From: an uncultured Chloroflexia bacterium
GTDB lineage: Bacteria > Chloroflexota > Anaerolineae > Anaerolineales > Anaerolineaceae
Reading direction: 5' to 3'
Assembly: GCA_963806635.1 (NCBI GenBank)
Contig: CAWDZA010000023.1
Location: forward strand, 226,876-258,875
DNA length: 32,000 bases
A program made the position numbers and the translations under genes. The notes under the pieces were generated by a model. The model did no database searches and was not told where the DNA came from. It saw nothing but the letters and a program-made list of their open reading frames with translations. Below are positions 7,782 to 18,184 of this stretch, piece after piece. Each line of letters opens with the position of its first letter. Position 1 is the first letter of the stretch.

Positions 7782-8617
7782 TTAATTCCCCGGAGGAATG
7801 ACCGGGTCATAACCCATCCCGGCCAGCAAATCGGCCATGTGCTGCGCCCCGATCTCGGACGGATGTTCGCCATCCTCCAGGATGAAACCCTTCAGGCGCG
7901 GATCCTCGTCGTGGTTGATCCCATTCATCGTATCCAGACGGCTCAGGAACGGGAATATTGTAAGGCTCGGCGGCCAGGCGGGTGGCAGTCGGATATGTTC
8001 TCCCAGCATTTGGTGCATTCATCAAAAACACCGTTCTCTTTCCAGGGCTGGACGAGCGGGTTGTAGAGATCGACCGCGCGGAGAATGGTGGGCTGCCCCC
8101 CGCGTAGTTTGATGATCTCCTCCCAGATCCCACTCAGATCAGCGGTCCACTCTTGAAAATCCTCGGGCCCGCAGTTCACCGGAGGGCGGGAATCAAAGCA
8201 TTTATCCATATCCAGCGGATGATCAAAATTAATCGAGTCCCGGGGATTTAAAAACACCACAACCATTTCAGCGTCTTTTAAAATGGCGGGAAGTTTTTCC
8301 AGATTCATTCTGGGGGATGTTCCTGTCCGCAATGCGTCCAAGACTTCGCCTGCCGTCAACGACCCGATCGCGTAATCCACATATTCGACTTTTACGCCCG
8401 TGTCTCGTTCGATTCGCTCTGCAAGAGGTTCTCCCACCCCCCAAAGACTGGAATCGCTGATGATAACCAATTGCCAGACCGCACCGGGTCCGCGGGGGAG
8501 TTGCGCGGGCTGCGGCGAAGGTGTGGGAGGGGGGAGGGGAGTGGCAGGTGAAGCACAAGCGCCGAGGAAAATTACCGAAAAGATCGCGAAGACCGAAACC
8601 GAATTTTTTAGGCTCAT
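7782..8617 (-). pseudogene. SGNH/GDSL-like hydrolase lipoprotein, frameshifted near 7985-8000
   Basis: ATG at 8617 with an AAGGAGG RBS. Signal peptide plus lipobox (VIFLGAC). Block I-like VIISDSS. The C-terminal block V-like DGEHPSEIGAQHMADLL lies in a different frame (ORF 7782-8018). Confidence 0.6.
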
Positions 8618-8775
8618 TCTGCCTCCTTGTCCCAGACCGGTAGGAAACAAAAAGCGGTGGCGACCCCAATAATTTTGTACCACCCCGGCGGAAGATTTAC
8701 AATCCTTTAATCTTTTGGGTCTAAATCTATTAGGGTGGTAGAATGCCGTTGAAAATCAAGTGTATGGAGAAAACG

Positions 8776-9705
8776 ATGAGAACAAAATATCTTCCTTTGA
8801 TTCTTTGCGCGGCGACCCTGGTTCTTTCCGCCTGTTCTCAGCCAACCACCGCGGTGCAAACTGCTGAACCTTCGGCACCCACAGCAGCGCCTCTCCCTCA
8901 GGCCACCCTCACCGCTGCCTTCCAGCCAGTGACCGAGGAGGCCGTGCTGAATGGCACATACACAATCCAGGACGGCAAGCAAACGGTGCAACTCTCTAAT
9001 GGCAAGTATGAATCCGGGAAGGGATCTGATTATGTGATGGCAACCGTGGTTCCCCCTGTTGCCTTCGGCGATCTGAATGGGGATGGGGTTTCCGATGCCG
9101 TGGCTGTGCTGGCTGAAAATTACGGCGGAAGCGGCACATTCCTGACCCTGGTGCCTGTGCTGGCGGCCTCGGAGGGGGCAAGCCCTCAAAAGGGGGTCAG
9201 CCTGGGCGACCGCGTGCAGGTGCAATCGGTTTCGATCTCAGGAGGCACAGTGAGCGTTTCCCTCCTGGCACAGGGACCCAACGACCCAATGTGCTGCCCC
9301 AGCCAGGCGCAGACCCGGACGTACGAATACCTGCAGGGAACAGGAATGGTCTTAATGAGCGTCACCTCGCAGACGGCAAACGGGCTGACCCGCACGATCA
9401 TCATCAATACACCGGCTGCGGGCAGCGATGTGACCAGCCCCATGCCCTTGAGCGGCAGCGTGACTATCGCGCCTTTCGAAAACAATCTGGTGGTGAAGCT
9501 CTATGATGCTGGTGGAACGCAGATTTCCGCTTCCCCGCTTCCGGTGACTGCCGCCGAGATGGGCGGACCCGGAACCTTCAGCACGAGCGTGGATCTGGCC
9601 GCGGCTTCAGTCCCGGCGGGAATGGTTCGCGTGGAGGTGGTGGATACCAGCCCGGCGGATGGCTCCATCCTGGCGCTCGCGGCGGTGTACGTGAACTTCA
9701 AGTAA
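8776..9705 (+). CDS. Lipoprotein with C-terminal Gmad2-type Ig-like domain
   Basis: MRTKYLPLILCAATLVLSAC gives a signal peptide plus lipobox. GDLNGDGVSDAV motif. The C-terminus IIINTPAAGSDVTSPMPLSGSVTIAPFENNLVVKLYD resembles Gmad2. GGAG lies 6 nt before the ATG at 8776 (the ORF track starts at 8743). Confidence 0.7.
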   Translation: MRTKYLPLILCAATLVLSACSQPTTAVQTAEPSAPTAAPLPQATLTAAFQPVTEEAVLNGTYTIQDGKQTVQLSNGKYESGKGSDYVMATVVPPVAFGDLNGDGVSDAVAVLAENYGGSGTFLTLVPVLAASEGASPQKGVSLGDRVQVQSVSISGGTVSVSLLAQGPNDPMCCPSQAQTRTYEYLQGTGMVLMSVTSQTANGLTRTIIINTPAAGSDVTSPMPLSGSVTIAPFENNLVVKLYDAGGTQISASPLPVTAAEMGGPGTFSTSVDLAAASVPAGMVRVEVVDTSPADGSILALAAVYVNFK

Positions 9706-9719
9706 GTTGAAGAGCAATC

Positions 9720-9746
9720 CAAAGGACTTCGAATCGAAGTCCTTTG
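9720..9746 (+). terminator. Hairpin terminator candidate after the lipoprotein gene
   Basis: CAAAGGACTTCG-aat-CGAAGTCCTTTG is a perfect 12-bp stem, but only TT follows it. Confidence 0.5.
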
Positions 9747-9959
9747 TTAGCGAATGTAATATAATAAATAATTTAAATATTAAAATATATTTAAATATTG
9801 GAATATTTAATAAACACATTTTTTGAGCGTTACCCTACGCTCGCCTAACGGTTTTGAAAGGTGGGTTGTAACCAACCCCGAAGGTCTATACAATGAAAGA
9901 ACGCCCTCTGTGTGGGCGGATAGCCATTTTCTTTTTTGTTGATTAAGAAGGAGGCAATC

Positions 9960-10659
9960 ATGTTATCAAGATACCGTTGGACCATTTTTACCGCTGCTCT
10001 GATCCTGGCAATGCTCTTCTCAGTGTTCCCCCTGGGAGCGGTAAAGGCCGAAGGGGAGGATCCGGCGCCGACCGATACCCCGGTCACGGAAACGCAGCCC
10101 GCCGCAACTGAAGACGCAACAGCTGCAGAAGAGGTGCTCGCCTGCGAGTGAAACCGCCTCCGCCATCGGAAGAAACTTCACCTACCGTGGAAGAGGTAAT
10201 CGCCCAGGTTCCAGATGGGGTGACGGTAGTGCCATTGGATTCCTATCGGCCAGCCGCTAACCATGGCGGAGAAAGCAACCGCCGAATCCTATGTTACCGG
10301 CGACCCAGTGTATTGCCCCAGAACGTTTTGTTTGGAGATCCTCAATGCGAACATTACGATTACCATCGACGAAGCCATTAACTAGATCAATGACAGCTGA
10401 TTTTGGAACAGTTTATGTGGAAGTAGATTACTCAGACTCGAACCCAGCTCCCATAATCATCGACGGCTTACTCGTACGGACAAGATTTTCCGCAACGATT
10501 TTCATTAATCGGCGGGGTCGATATTTCCACCGGAGAGATCGTAGGCAGGACGAAATTAACACGGCAGATCAGTCGTCAGTAACGTCCCAATTTTTAACTA
10601 TTGAAAATTTCTCAGTTACTTTGCCTGGATACTGTACATGCCTAATCTCGCTGAAGTAG
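9960..10659 (+). pseudogene. N-terminal remnant of a secreted protein, broken across all three frames and truncated
   Basis: AAGGAGG RBS plus ATG at 9960, with signal peptide MLSRYRWTIFTAALILAMLFSVFPLGAVKA. The reading then continues in frame 2 (10148-), frame 0 (10245-10385: GDPVYCP...ITITIDEAIN) and frame 1 (FGTVYVEVDYSDSNPAPIIIDG). Confidence 0.5.
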
Positions 10660-10747
10660 CCGGAGATTGCCATCGGCCGCATTTTCAGCAGAAACAATCG
10701 GTGCTGACCATGGAACCGATTAAGTAAGGGGAAAGAACCATCAAATC

Positions 10748-10779
10748 AACCCCGAAGGATACCGTTCGGGGTTTTTTTT
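10748..10779 (+). terminator. Rho-independent terminator
   Basis: AACCCCGAA-ggataccg-TTCGGGGTT followed by T-rich TTTTTTC. It lies between the decayed secreted-protein gene and the convergent proC stop. Confidence 0.8.
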
Positions 10780-10800
10780 CTATGGTGAAGTCGTTCGGCT

Positions 10801-11638
10801 TCAATCCGGCTTCTGGGCATCCTTGCCGGCGCCCAGCGCCTGGCTGCGTTCGTAGGCAGCCCACACCGCGCGCGAGATGGCGGTGCGGAAGCCGGCTTTT
10901 TCCAGGTAATAGAGCGCCTCGGCCGAGGTGCCGCCCGGGGAGGTGACCTCGTTGCGCAGGCTGGCGGCGTGCTGCTTGCGCCCGGAATAGTAATCCACCG
11001 AGCCGCGCAGGGTTTGCGTCACCAGCTGCTCGGCGATGCGGCGCGGGAAGCCCAGGTGCACGCCTGCGTCGATCATGGCTTCCATGAAGAGGAAAACGTA
11101 CGCCGGCCCGGTGCCGGATAGGGCGGTGGCCATATCCAGGTAGTTCTCGTCCTCCACGAAGATCTCTTCGCCGAGTGCGCGCAGGATGCTGCGCTGCCAG
11201 CTCGCGCTGCGATTCGGTGACCTCAGGCGCGGCGGTCCACACCGCGATGCCCTCGCCGATCTGGGCGGGGGTGTTGGGCATGGCGCGGATCACGGCGCGG
11301 TGGTGCAAGCCCGCCTGCAGGGCGGCCACCTTGGCGCCGGCGATGATCGAGATCACCAGGGCGCCTTGGCAGGGATGATCCCGTGCAGGTCCTTCATCAC
11401 CGCGGCCAGGCGCTGAGGCTTGACCGAGAGAATGACCACATCTGCCTTGCGCGCGGCCTCGGCGTTTTCGGCAAAGTGAATATGGTAGCGCTGCTTCAGC
11501 TCATCACCGCGCGCCGAGCGCGGCCCGGCGGCAGTCACGCCCGGCGGGTGTGGTGAGCTCCTTGCGGAGCAGCCCGGCGATGATGGCTTCACCCATCACG
11601 CCGGGACCGATGATGGCAAAACGGGTTTTTTCGGTCAT
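10801..11638 (-). pseudogene. proC: Pyrroline-5-carboxylate reductase with at least 3 frameshifts
   Basis: MTEKTRFAIIGPGVMGEAIIAGLL (Rossmann), ISIIAGAKVAALQ, RAMPNTPAQIGEG and LSGTGPAYVFLFMEAMIDAGV...SPGGTSAEAL are all present. They are spread over different frames, with shifts near 11540, 11364 and 11190. Confidence 0.8.
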
Positions 11639-11795
11639 GTTGATACCCTCAATTTAAGATTGCGGAATTATAGTGGAAAAGTTCTCTTCCAAAAGGGCAC
11701 TTTCAGGTCAAAGGATAAACAGGATAAATGGATATTAGGATATATATTTATTATCCTTACTTCCTTCCACGTTGTTTAAACAATTTTTTATAAGC

Positions 11796-13337
11796 TTACC
11801 CGATCCTACGGATCTTCTTATAGAACGGCTGCAGCTGTTTGTACATTTTCAGGTATATCTCTTTGTAAAGCTGGTCATAAACCCGGTGGTTCTGAGAGTT
11901 GGGTTCGAATATGTCCCCGGTGTGGGTCATAACCTCGACTGCAGTCTTGAAATCGGGATGGAGCTTTGCCCCAACGGCAGCATCTATGGCTGCACCCAGC
12001 CCGCTGGCTTCATACACATGCGGACGCGCAGTGGGCAGCCCGAAGATATCGGCGGTGAGTTGCATGGCAGCCCGGGATTGGCTGCCCCCGCCGGCCACGC
12101 GCAGCTCTTTGATCTTCACCTTGCTGCGTTTTTCGGTGCGCTCGGCGCCCTCGCGCAGGGCGTAGGCCAGGCCTTCCAGGATGGCGCGGTAGATATGGGC
12201 GCGGGTGTGCACATCCCCAAAACCGATGATGGCGCCGCGTGCTTCGGGGCCGGGGCTGCGCAAGCCGGGCGACCAGTAGGGCTGCAGCACCAACCCCTGC
12301 GAGCCGGGCGGGACGGATTCCACCAGCTCATCAAATAGCGCCTCGGGCTCCACGCCTTTTTCCGAAGCCAGGCGTTCCTCGCGCAGGCCGAATTCCTGCT
12401 TGAACCAGCTCACCATCCAGTAGCCGCGGTAGATCTGGATCTCGAAGCTGTAAAGCCCGGGCACGGCGGCGGGGTAGGGGGGGATGAGCGGGATGACCTC
12501 GATGTATTTATCGTGGGTGGTGTTGATGGTGGCGGTGGTGCCATAGGAAAGGCAGGCGATGGAAGGATCGAGCGAGCCGGCACCGATCACCTCGCAGGCT
12601 TTATCGGCAGCGGCGGCGATGAGGGGCAACCCGGCTGGAATGCCGGTTTGCGCGGCAGCCTCGGGAGTGATGCGCCCCAGCTCCTGCCCCTGGGGAATGA
12701 GCTCAACAAGCAGGGCAGGGTCGAGCGGGATGGCCTGCCATTTCCAATCGGAGGAGGAAGCCCAGCGCTGGGTTTTATAGTCGAAGGGCACGTAGCCCAC
12801 CTGGCTGCCGACCGAATCCACGAAGCGCCCGGTGAGCAGGTGGGTGAGGTAGCCGGAGAGGAAAACATAGTGCCGGGTGGCTTTCCAGATCTCTGGCTCA
12901 TGGGTGGAGAGCCAGTTGGCCTCGGCTTCGGCCTGCAGGTAGGCCACCGTCTCGCTGGCACCGGCCAGCTTGAAGGCCGCGCCCCACAACCCGCCCACCG
13001 GGGGCAGCCCCTCGGTGCGGCGCTGATCCAGCCAGACGATGGCCGGGCGCAGGGGTTTGCCATCCGCATCCAGGTTGAGGACGGTGGAGCGCTGGGTTGT
13101 GAGGGAAACCGCGGCGATGGAGGAGGCATCCACCCCCTTTTGCTTGAACAGGCCTTTACAAGCGGCGCAGAGCGCGTTCCAGAAGACGGCCGGGTCCTGC
13201 TCGGCCAACCCCGGCGCGGTGGAGTAGTAGGGCTCGATGGGTACGCGCTCTTTTGCCAGCAGGTTGCCGCGCGGGTCGAAGAGCAGGGCGCGCGCGGACT
13301 GGGTGCCGTGGTCGATGGCGAGCAGGTTTTCGGGCAT
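11796..13337 (-). CDS. FGGY-family carbohydrate kinase (glycerol/xylulose kinase-like)
   Basis: ATG at 13337 preceded by [33 protein letters not shown] is an FGGY N-terminal motif, and [20 protein letters not shown] a C-terminal one. The ORF-track start at 13445 is probably too far upstream. Confidence 0.85.
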   Translation of the reverse strand: MPENLLAIDHGTQSARALLFDPRGNLLAKERVPIEPYYSTAPGLAEQDPAVFWNALCAACKGLFKQKGVDASSIAAVSLTTQRSTVLNLDADGKPLRPAIVWLDQRRTEGLPPVGGLWGAAFKLAGASETVAYLQAEAEANWLSTHEPEIWKATRHYVFLSGYLTHLLTGRFVDSVGSQVGYVPFDYKTQRWASSSDWKWQAIPLDPALLVELIPQGQELGRITPEAAAQTGIPAGLPLIAAAADKACEVIGAGSLDPSIACLSYGTTATINTTHDKYIEVIPLIPPYPAAVPGLYSFEIQIYRGYWMVSWFKQEFGLREERLASEKGVEPEALFDELVESVPPGSQGLVLQPYWSPGLRSPGPEARGAIIGFGDVHTRAHIYRAILEGLAYALREGAERTEKRSKVKIKELRVAGGGSQSRAAMQLTADIFGLPTARPHVYEASGLGAAIDAAVGAKLHPDFKTAVEVMTHTGDIFEPNSQNHRVYDQLYKEIYLKMYKQLQPFYKKIRRIG

Positions 13338-13451
13338 GGTGGTTCCTCCGAAACAGGATGGATATATTATGCGCCGGAATGGGGTTTTTGCCAAAGGGGA
13401 AAGGTTAGAATCGAAACGAAAAAACGAATCCGGGGGAAAAATCATGCTTGA

Positions 13452-13673
13452 GCTATTACATTGGACGAGTTTTTCTTTGCCCTGATCTTCACCAGCACCC
13501 CGGCATCCAAAACTGTTCCGGTGGCGATCGCAGAATTCGTCGGACGCTACGCAGTGAATATCACCGGCATGATGGCGGGCGGGTTCCTGGCTGCGCTTCC
13601 GCCCATCATTTTGGCGCTAGTCTTCCAGCGCTTTATTGTCCGCGGATTAACTGCCGGGGCGGTGAAGGGGTAA
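13452..13673 (+). pseudogene. C-terminal remnant (about 73 codons) of a MalG-type sugar ABC permease
   Basis: [28 protein letters not shown]...[25 protein letters not shown] is the conserved C-terminus of carbohydrate ABC permeases. An in-frame stop at 13449-13451 means no N-terminal two-thirds is present. Confidence 0.65.
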
Positions 13674-13708
13674 AGTGGACGATGTGGCTATATCAAAACA
13701 CCAGCCCC

Positions 13709-15514
13709 CTACTCATACTTCCTCCGCTTCTCCTGAAGCTTTTTCTCCAACTCCGCTTTGCCCGGCACCCGGGCTTTTTTTGTATTCATAATCCCCCAGT
13801 GTTTACTGCTTTGCTCCGCGCTCATATCCAACCCCAGCGTGCCGCCCGGGTTGAGGATGCCGCGCGGGTCGAAGTGATCTTTGAGCGCGCGGATCACGCC
13901 CATGGATTCCGCGCCGATCTGTTCCTCCAGCCAGGGAGAGGTCTGCTTGCCGATGCCATGGTGGTGGCTCATGGCCGCGCCGGTCTTTTGGATGGCTTCC
14001 AGAACGCTGTACTGAAGTTCCAGGTATTCGCTGATATCGCTCATGCGCGCAATGAAAATGAAATATAGATTGGCGCCCTGCGGGTAGGCGTGCGAAAGAT
14101 GGGTCATGCACACCGTCTGCGGTCGGGCTTTGATCACCGCGCGGACGCCGGCATGAACCTCCATCAATTTGGACCAGGGCACGGCGCACTCGAGCGTGTC
14201 GATCAGGATGCCGAAATCAGAAAGGTCCTCGCGCAGGAAGGGATCGGTAAAACGCGATTTCTCCCAGGATTGCACCACCCGGAAGGGGGTGAGGGGGAAC
14301 GCCTTTTTCCGACGGCAGAGCGCATTGACCCGGTTTGCAACCAGCCGGGCGTGATCCTCCTGACCGCCGCTGGTGCCAAGCAGCAGACAGCGCTGCATGG
14401 GCTTAAACCCGAGGGCGCGCAGGAGAGAATCGGCCGGGGTGCCGTGGATATGGTAGGTGCGCATGGCCACGTCAGTCTCCTCGGGATCCGAAAGGCGAAA
14501 GACGGAGGGAAAGCCGGATTCCGATTGCATCACCTCGCGGTAGGTTCCCAGGGCATCCTCCCAGGAACGGAAGAGCCAGGCGTAGCGCCGGGTGGTCTGG
14601 GGCGTGTGGCGGAAGACCCGCAGGGTGACTGAGGTGACCACGCCAAAAGTGCCCTCCGAGCCGGCCAGGATCTGGCGCATATCCGGTCCGGTGGCGGAGC
14701 GGGGGTAATCAGGGCTGCGGATCACCCCACCGGGATAAACCATCTCGAGGGAGTAGAGGATATCCTCGATCTTGCCGTAATAGGTGGAGTTCTGCCCGGC
14801 GCCGCGGGTGACCACCCAGCCGCCCACGCTGGAGTGCTCAAAGGACTGCGGGAAATGCCCGCAGGTATAGGCGCGCGAGGCGGAGAGGGTCTCGGGGGCG
14901 CGGTTGAGGATATCTTCCAATTCAGGTCCCCAGATGCCCGGCTCCACGGTGATGGTCTGGTCGGTCTCGTTGAAGGACAGCACCCGGCGCATGTGGGTGC
15001 TCAGGTCCAGGCAGATGCCGCCCTTCACTGCTTCCATCCCACGGGTGACGGTGGAACCGCCACCGTATACATACAGAGGAATGCGGTGATCGTTGCAGTA
15101 GTTTACGATCTCCACCACGTCATCTTTACCACGCGGGGCGAGGACGGCTTCGGGCAGATTTTCCACGATACCCTGGCGCAGGCGCAGGGCATCCACCTGG
15201 CCCGCGCCGTAGGAAGCCTTCACCCGGCTGAAGGTATCCAGGCGGATATTCTCCTCCCCGACGATCGCCGTGAGTGCCTCCAGGTGTGCACGGGAAAGCT
15301 TAGATGGGATCTCGGTCGGGAGCGGGTCCATGCACAGGTTCGGGGACTGGAAATCCGCGTCGGTCATACCGAAGGTTTCCTTGATGAAGGCGTAAAGGCC
15401 ACTGCCCGGATGCTTGAAGCCGGCGGGGTCACCGTATTTAAAGAGGCTGCGGCGTGAACCGGGCGGGGCGACGGTCTCGCACCAGGGGGGGGTGAAGGAG
15501 GGTTTTTGGGTCAT
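13709..15514 (-). CDS. FAD-linked oxidase, alkyl-DHAP synthase (AGPS)-like
   Basis: 601 aa. PEAVLAPRGKDDVVEIVNYCNDHRIPLYVYGGGSTVTRG is an FAD_binding_4-type motif, and HHHGIGK lies near the C-terminus. Its ATG overlaps the upstream stop (ATGA). Confidence 0.75.
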   Translation of the reverse strand: MTQKPSFTPPWCETVAPPGSRRSLFKYGDPAGFKHPGSGLYAFIKETFGMTDADFQSPNLCMDPLPTEIPSKLSRAHLEALTAIVGEENIRLDTFSRVKASYGAGQVDALRLRQGIVENLPEAVLAPRGKDDVVEIVNYCNDHRIPLYVYGGGSTVTRGMEAVKGGICLDLSTHMRRVLSFNETDQTITVEPGIWGPELEDILNRAPETLSASRAYTCGHFPQSFEHSSVGGWVVTRGAGQNSTYYGKIEDILYSLEMVYPGGVIRSPDYPRSATGPDMRQILAGSEGTFGVVTSVTLRVFRHTPQTTRRYAWLFRSWEDALGTYREVMQSESGFPSVFRLSDPEETDVAMRTYHIHGTPADSLLRALGFKPMQRCLLLGTSGGQEDHARLVANRVNALCRRKKAFPLTPFRVVQSWEKSRFTDPFLREDLSDFGILIDTLECAVPWSKLMEVHAGVRAVIKARPQTVCMTHLSHAYPQGANLYFIFIARMSDISEYLELQYSVLEAIQKTGAAMSHHHGIGKQTSPWLEEQIGAESMGVIRALKDHFDPRGILNPGGTLGLDMSAEQSSKHWGIMNTKKARVPGKAELEKKLQEKRRKYE

Positions 15515-15807
15515 GTCTGCCTCTCAGGAGAAGGGATAGTTTCAGATTCGAAAAGCTCAGTAAATAGGTCTTTGCATTCCGGGTTTAGGCTGAGGATCAG
15601 GTCGATCTTATCCTTCCGCGAGCCGCCTTTGATCTGCTTTTCGCGAGCTATGGCGGAAGCAATATCATCACCAAATTCATAATACACCAGCCGGGTGAGG
15701 TTGTACCGGCGGGTAAATCCGGGGTGGTTACCGGACTGCATAAAAAGGTGGCATGGTTTGAAGATCTCATTGATTTCTTCTGGGATTGCTTCGTCGGGCT
15801 GTCGCAA
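15511..15807 (-). pseudogene. GIY-YIG (UPF0213-type) nuclease remnant lacking the N-terminal catalytic GIY/YIG region
   Basis: GFTRRYNLTRLVYYEFGDDIASAIAREKQIKGGSRKDKIDLILSLNPECKDL matches the C-terminal two-thirds of small GIY-YIG proteins. The glpD stop is only 23 nt upstream, leaving no room for the N-terminal about 25 aa. Confidence 0.6.
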
Positions 15808-15830
15808 AAACCCCTCCTCGCAATGACGGG

Positions 15831-17413
15831 CTATCCCGGTTCCGGAGAATAATATTTCTTCCAGGTTGTGCGGTAATCAGAAAGCTCGCGCTGCCAGGTG
15901 GCATCATCCCACCCGAGTTCGGGTTGGACGATGGTCCGCACACGATCCATCACGCCTGCAGCGCCATCTGGCAGGAGCATCCCCAGCCGAACACGGCGCA
16001 GCAGCAGATCGGAAAGGTGCTGCACGCCCTCCTCGCGGGCAGCCCAGCGCAGCTCGGCCCAGATGTTCTGCAACGGCTGGATATTTTCCAGCTCGCCCTC
16101 CCTTGCCGCAGCAAGCATCTTCGTCGGTTTCCAGTCCATGCCTGCCGCCCAGGTAAAGCGCAGACGCACGGTCAAGGGATTCCAGAGCGCCGAAATCCAC
16201 CTTATCGAAAATTCGCCGCTTCGGAACCGATGGGTTGCGTCCCATTTGGGTAAGCGCTGCCTCCACCGCCTGGCGGGCCATGATGCGGAAGATGGTGTAC
16301 TTTCCCCCAGTGATGGTTATCAGACCCTGCTCCTGGTAGAGTGCGTGCCGGCGCGAAACCTTTGAAGGCAAGTCGCTGGCGCCATTCTGAAGCGTGGGAC
16401 GCACCCCGGAAAAAGTGGACAGGATATCCTCTTTCGTGAGCGCCTGGGAGGGAAAAAGGAAATTGGCTGCCTCCAGCAGATAGGCAATCTCCTCCGGGGT
16501 GGCAAAGGGCTCCGCGTAACCATCCTCCAGCGCTTTGGGGTGATCCAGGTCGGTTGTGCCCACCAGGGTTGTCCCTTCGAAGGGCACCACGAACAATGAA
16601 CGCTTATCTTTGGGGTGCAGCAGGGTGACCGCCTCGCGCGCGGGGAAGCGCTCGCGCGAGAAAACCAGGTGCGAGCCGCGCAGCTTGCGGATGTGCGCCT
16701 CACCGCCTACCTGCGCGCGCAGCTCATCCGACCACGGACCGCAGGCGTTGATGACCACTTTCGCCTGGACCTCGGTGGTTCTGCCATCCGCGGAACGAAG
16801 TACCGCACCGCATACGGTCCCATCGGCGCGGCGCAGCAGCGATTCTGCGCGGGTGTAATTGAGCGCTGCCCCTCCCTCGCTGCAGGCTTCGCGCAATACC
16901 CGGATAAGCACCCGGGAATCATCCATGCCGGCATCGTAATAGAGCATCCCGCCCGTCAGCCCCGCCATATTCAGCCCGGGAAATTCTGCCTGCAGCCGGG
17001 CGGCATCCACCGTCCGATGGTCCCACTTGGGAGCGAGAAGATCATAAATGACGACGCCCTGGCGGAAGGCGGAAAGGGTGAGTGGATAGGATTCGTACGC
17101 AGGCAGGTAATACCCGATCTTCTTTACCAATCCAGGAGCTTCCTTCAGCATCCACTCGCGCTCGCGGACGGATTCGCGCGTGACCGAGTACTGCTTGTTG
17201 GCCAGGTAACGGAACCCGCCGTGGATCATCTTGGAGGATTTGCTGGAGGTTCCAAAGCTGAAATCATTGGCCTCCACCAGCACGGGACTTCAAGCCTGCC
17301 TGGACTGCCTGGCGCAGCACCCCTGCACCGGTGATCCCACCGCCGATCACCAGCACATCCCAGGGCTCGGAGAGACGCTGCCAGGTATCCAACCGCCACC
17401 GTTTATTCCACAT
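15831..17413 (-). pseudogene. glpD: FAD-dependent glycerol-3-phosphate dehydrogenase with 2 frameshifts
   Basis: GGAGG RBS plus ATG at 17413. WDVLVIGGGITGAGVLRQAVQAGLK is the FAD motif, followed by a shift at GGG 17284-17286 into VLVEANDFSFGTSSKSSKMIHGGFRYL. A second shift near 16176-16178 leads into the C-terminal ORF (ELRWAAREEGVQHLSDLLLRRVRLG). Confidence 0.85.
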
Positions 17414-17464
17414 AGAACCTCCGTAGTACGAACGAATCACAATGAAATGCGTGGGGATTTGCCA

Positions 17465-18175
17465 TCAATCGATTTTTCCGTTTGTTCGTTCCTGAATTTG
17501 CTGCCAAAAAAACAGGCTTTCCCCCATGATCCTGGAAGTCAGGTTCTGAGCGGCAACCGCATCGCCCTCGCGCGCGCAGGCGAGCAAGCCCGAATAGAAA
17601 CCCAGCGAGCTGGTGCGGGTTTCCGGGATGGAGAAATAAAACTTGCCCATCTCGACGTAGAGATCCTGAAAACCGTTGAGGATGAGGGTGAAAACCGGAT
17701 TGTCCGAGCAGATGGTGAGCTGGTGGTGCACCTGCCAGTCGAAGGCAGAAAATTCCTCGGGGGAGCTCTTCGCGCCCGGGGCAGATTCCAGCAGGGAGAT
17801 AATGCATCGGGGGGCCCGCTCGATGGCCAGGCGCGTATACGCCGGGGCGAGCAACACCCGAACCGAGAGCAGGTCGGGAACAAAATTAGCGGGCAGATTC
17901 TGCCTGCGGCGGGCGATGGCAGCCAGCACGGCCAGGTTGCCCTCCTGCCAGTAATTGCGAACCCGGGTGGGTTTTCCCTGGCGGATCTCGATCCAGCCAT
18001 CCCGCGCCAGGCGCTGCAGCGCTTCGCGCAGGGTGGGGCGGGTGACACCAAGCCGCAGGGCCAGCTCGCGTTCTGCGGGCAGCGTGGATTCCACCGGGAA
18101 GGTGCCATCCAGAAAACCGGAAACCAGGCGGGTTTCGGTGAGCTCGGCGGGTTTTTCGGGAACAGACCAGTTCAA
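17465..18175 (-). CDS. fadR: GntR-family regulator, FadR subfamily
   Basis: LPAERELALRLGVTRPTLREALQRLARDGWIEIRQGKPTRVRNYWQEGNLAVL closely parallels the E. coli FadR N-terminal domain. TTG start at 18175 with AGGAG 5 nt upstream. Confidence 0.8.
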   Translation of the reverse strand: MNWSVPEKPAELTETRLVSGFLDGTFPVESTLPAERELALRLGVTRPTLREALQRLARDGWIEIRQGKPTRVRNYWQEGNLAVLAAIARRRQNLPANFVPDLLSVRVLLAPAYTRLAIERAPRCIISLLESAPGAKSSPEEFSAFDWQVHHQLTICSDNPVFTLILNGFQDLYVEMGKFYFSIPETRTSSLGFYSGLLACAREGDAVAAQNLTSRIMGESLFFWQQIQERTNGKID

Positions 18176-18184
18176 GCGAGGCTC

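Noticed and set aside
8707-9225. 172-aa minus-strand ORF antisense to the Gmad2 lipoprotein gene
   Set aside because: It has His/Arg/Gly/Cys-rich composition and no RBS. It lies opposite a gene with a clear signal peptide and domain.
9826-9935. Riboswitch upstream of the secreted-protein gene
   Set aside because: Short hairpins are present, but I cannot match them to any known riboswitch consensus by eye. I report the region only as a structured leader of unknown significance.
12513-13451. 312-aa plus-strand ORF antisense to the FGGY kinase
   Set aside because: It has Gly/Arg/Pro-rich low-complexity composition and no RBS. It lies opposite a gene with clear family motifs, which is typical of a high-GC antisense ORF.
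15786-16253. 155-aa plus-strand ORF starting MLRRAVAKTPPRNDG
   Set aside because: Its N-terminus is the well-known pseudo-peptide produced by the repeat-like DNA next to GIY-YIG genes. The rest is antisense to the glpD C-terminus.
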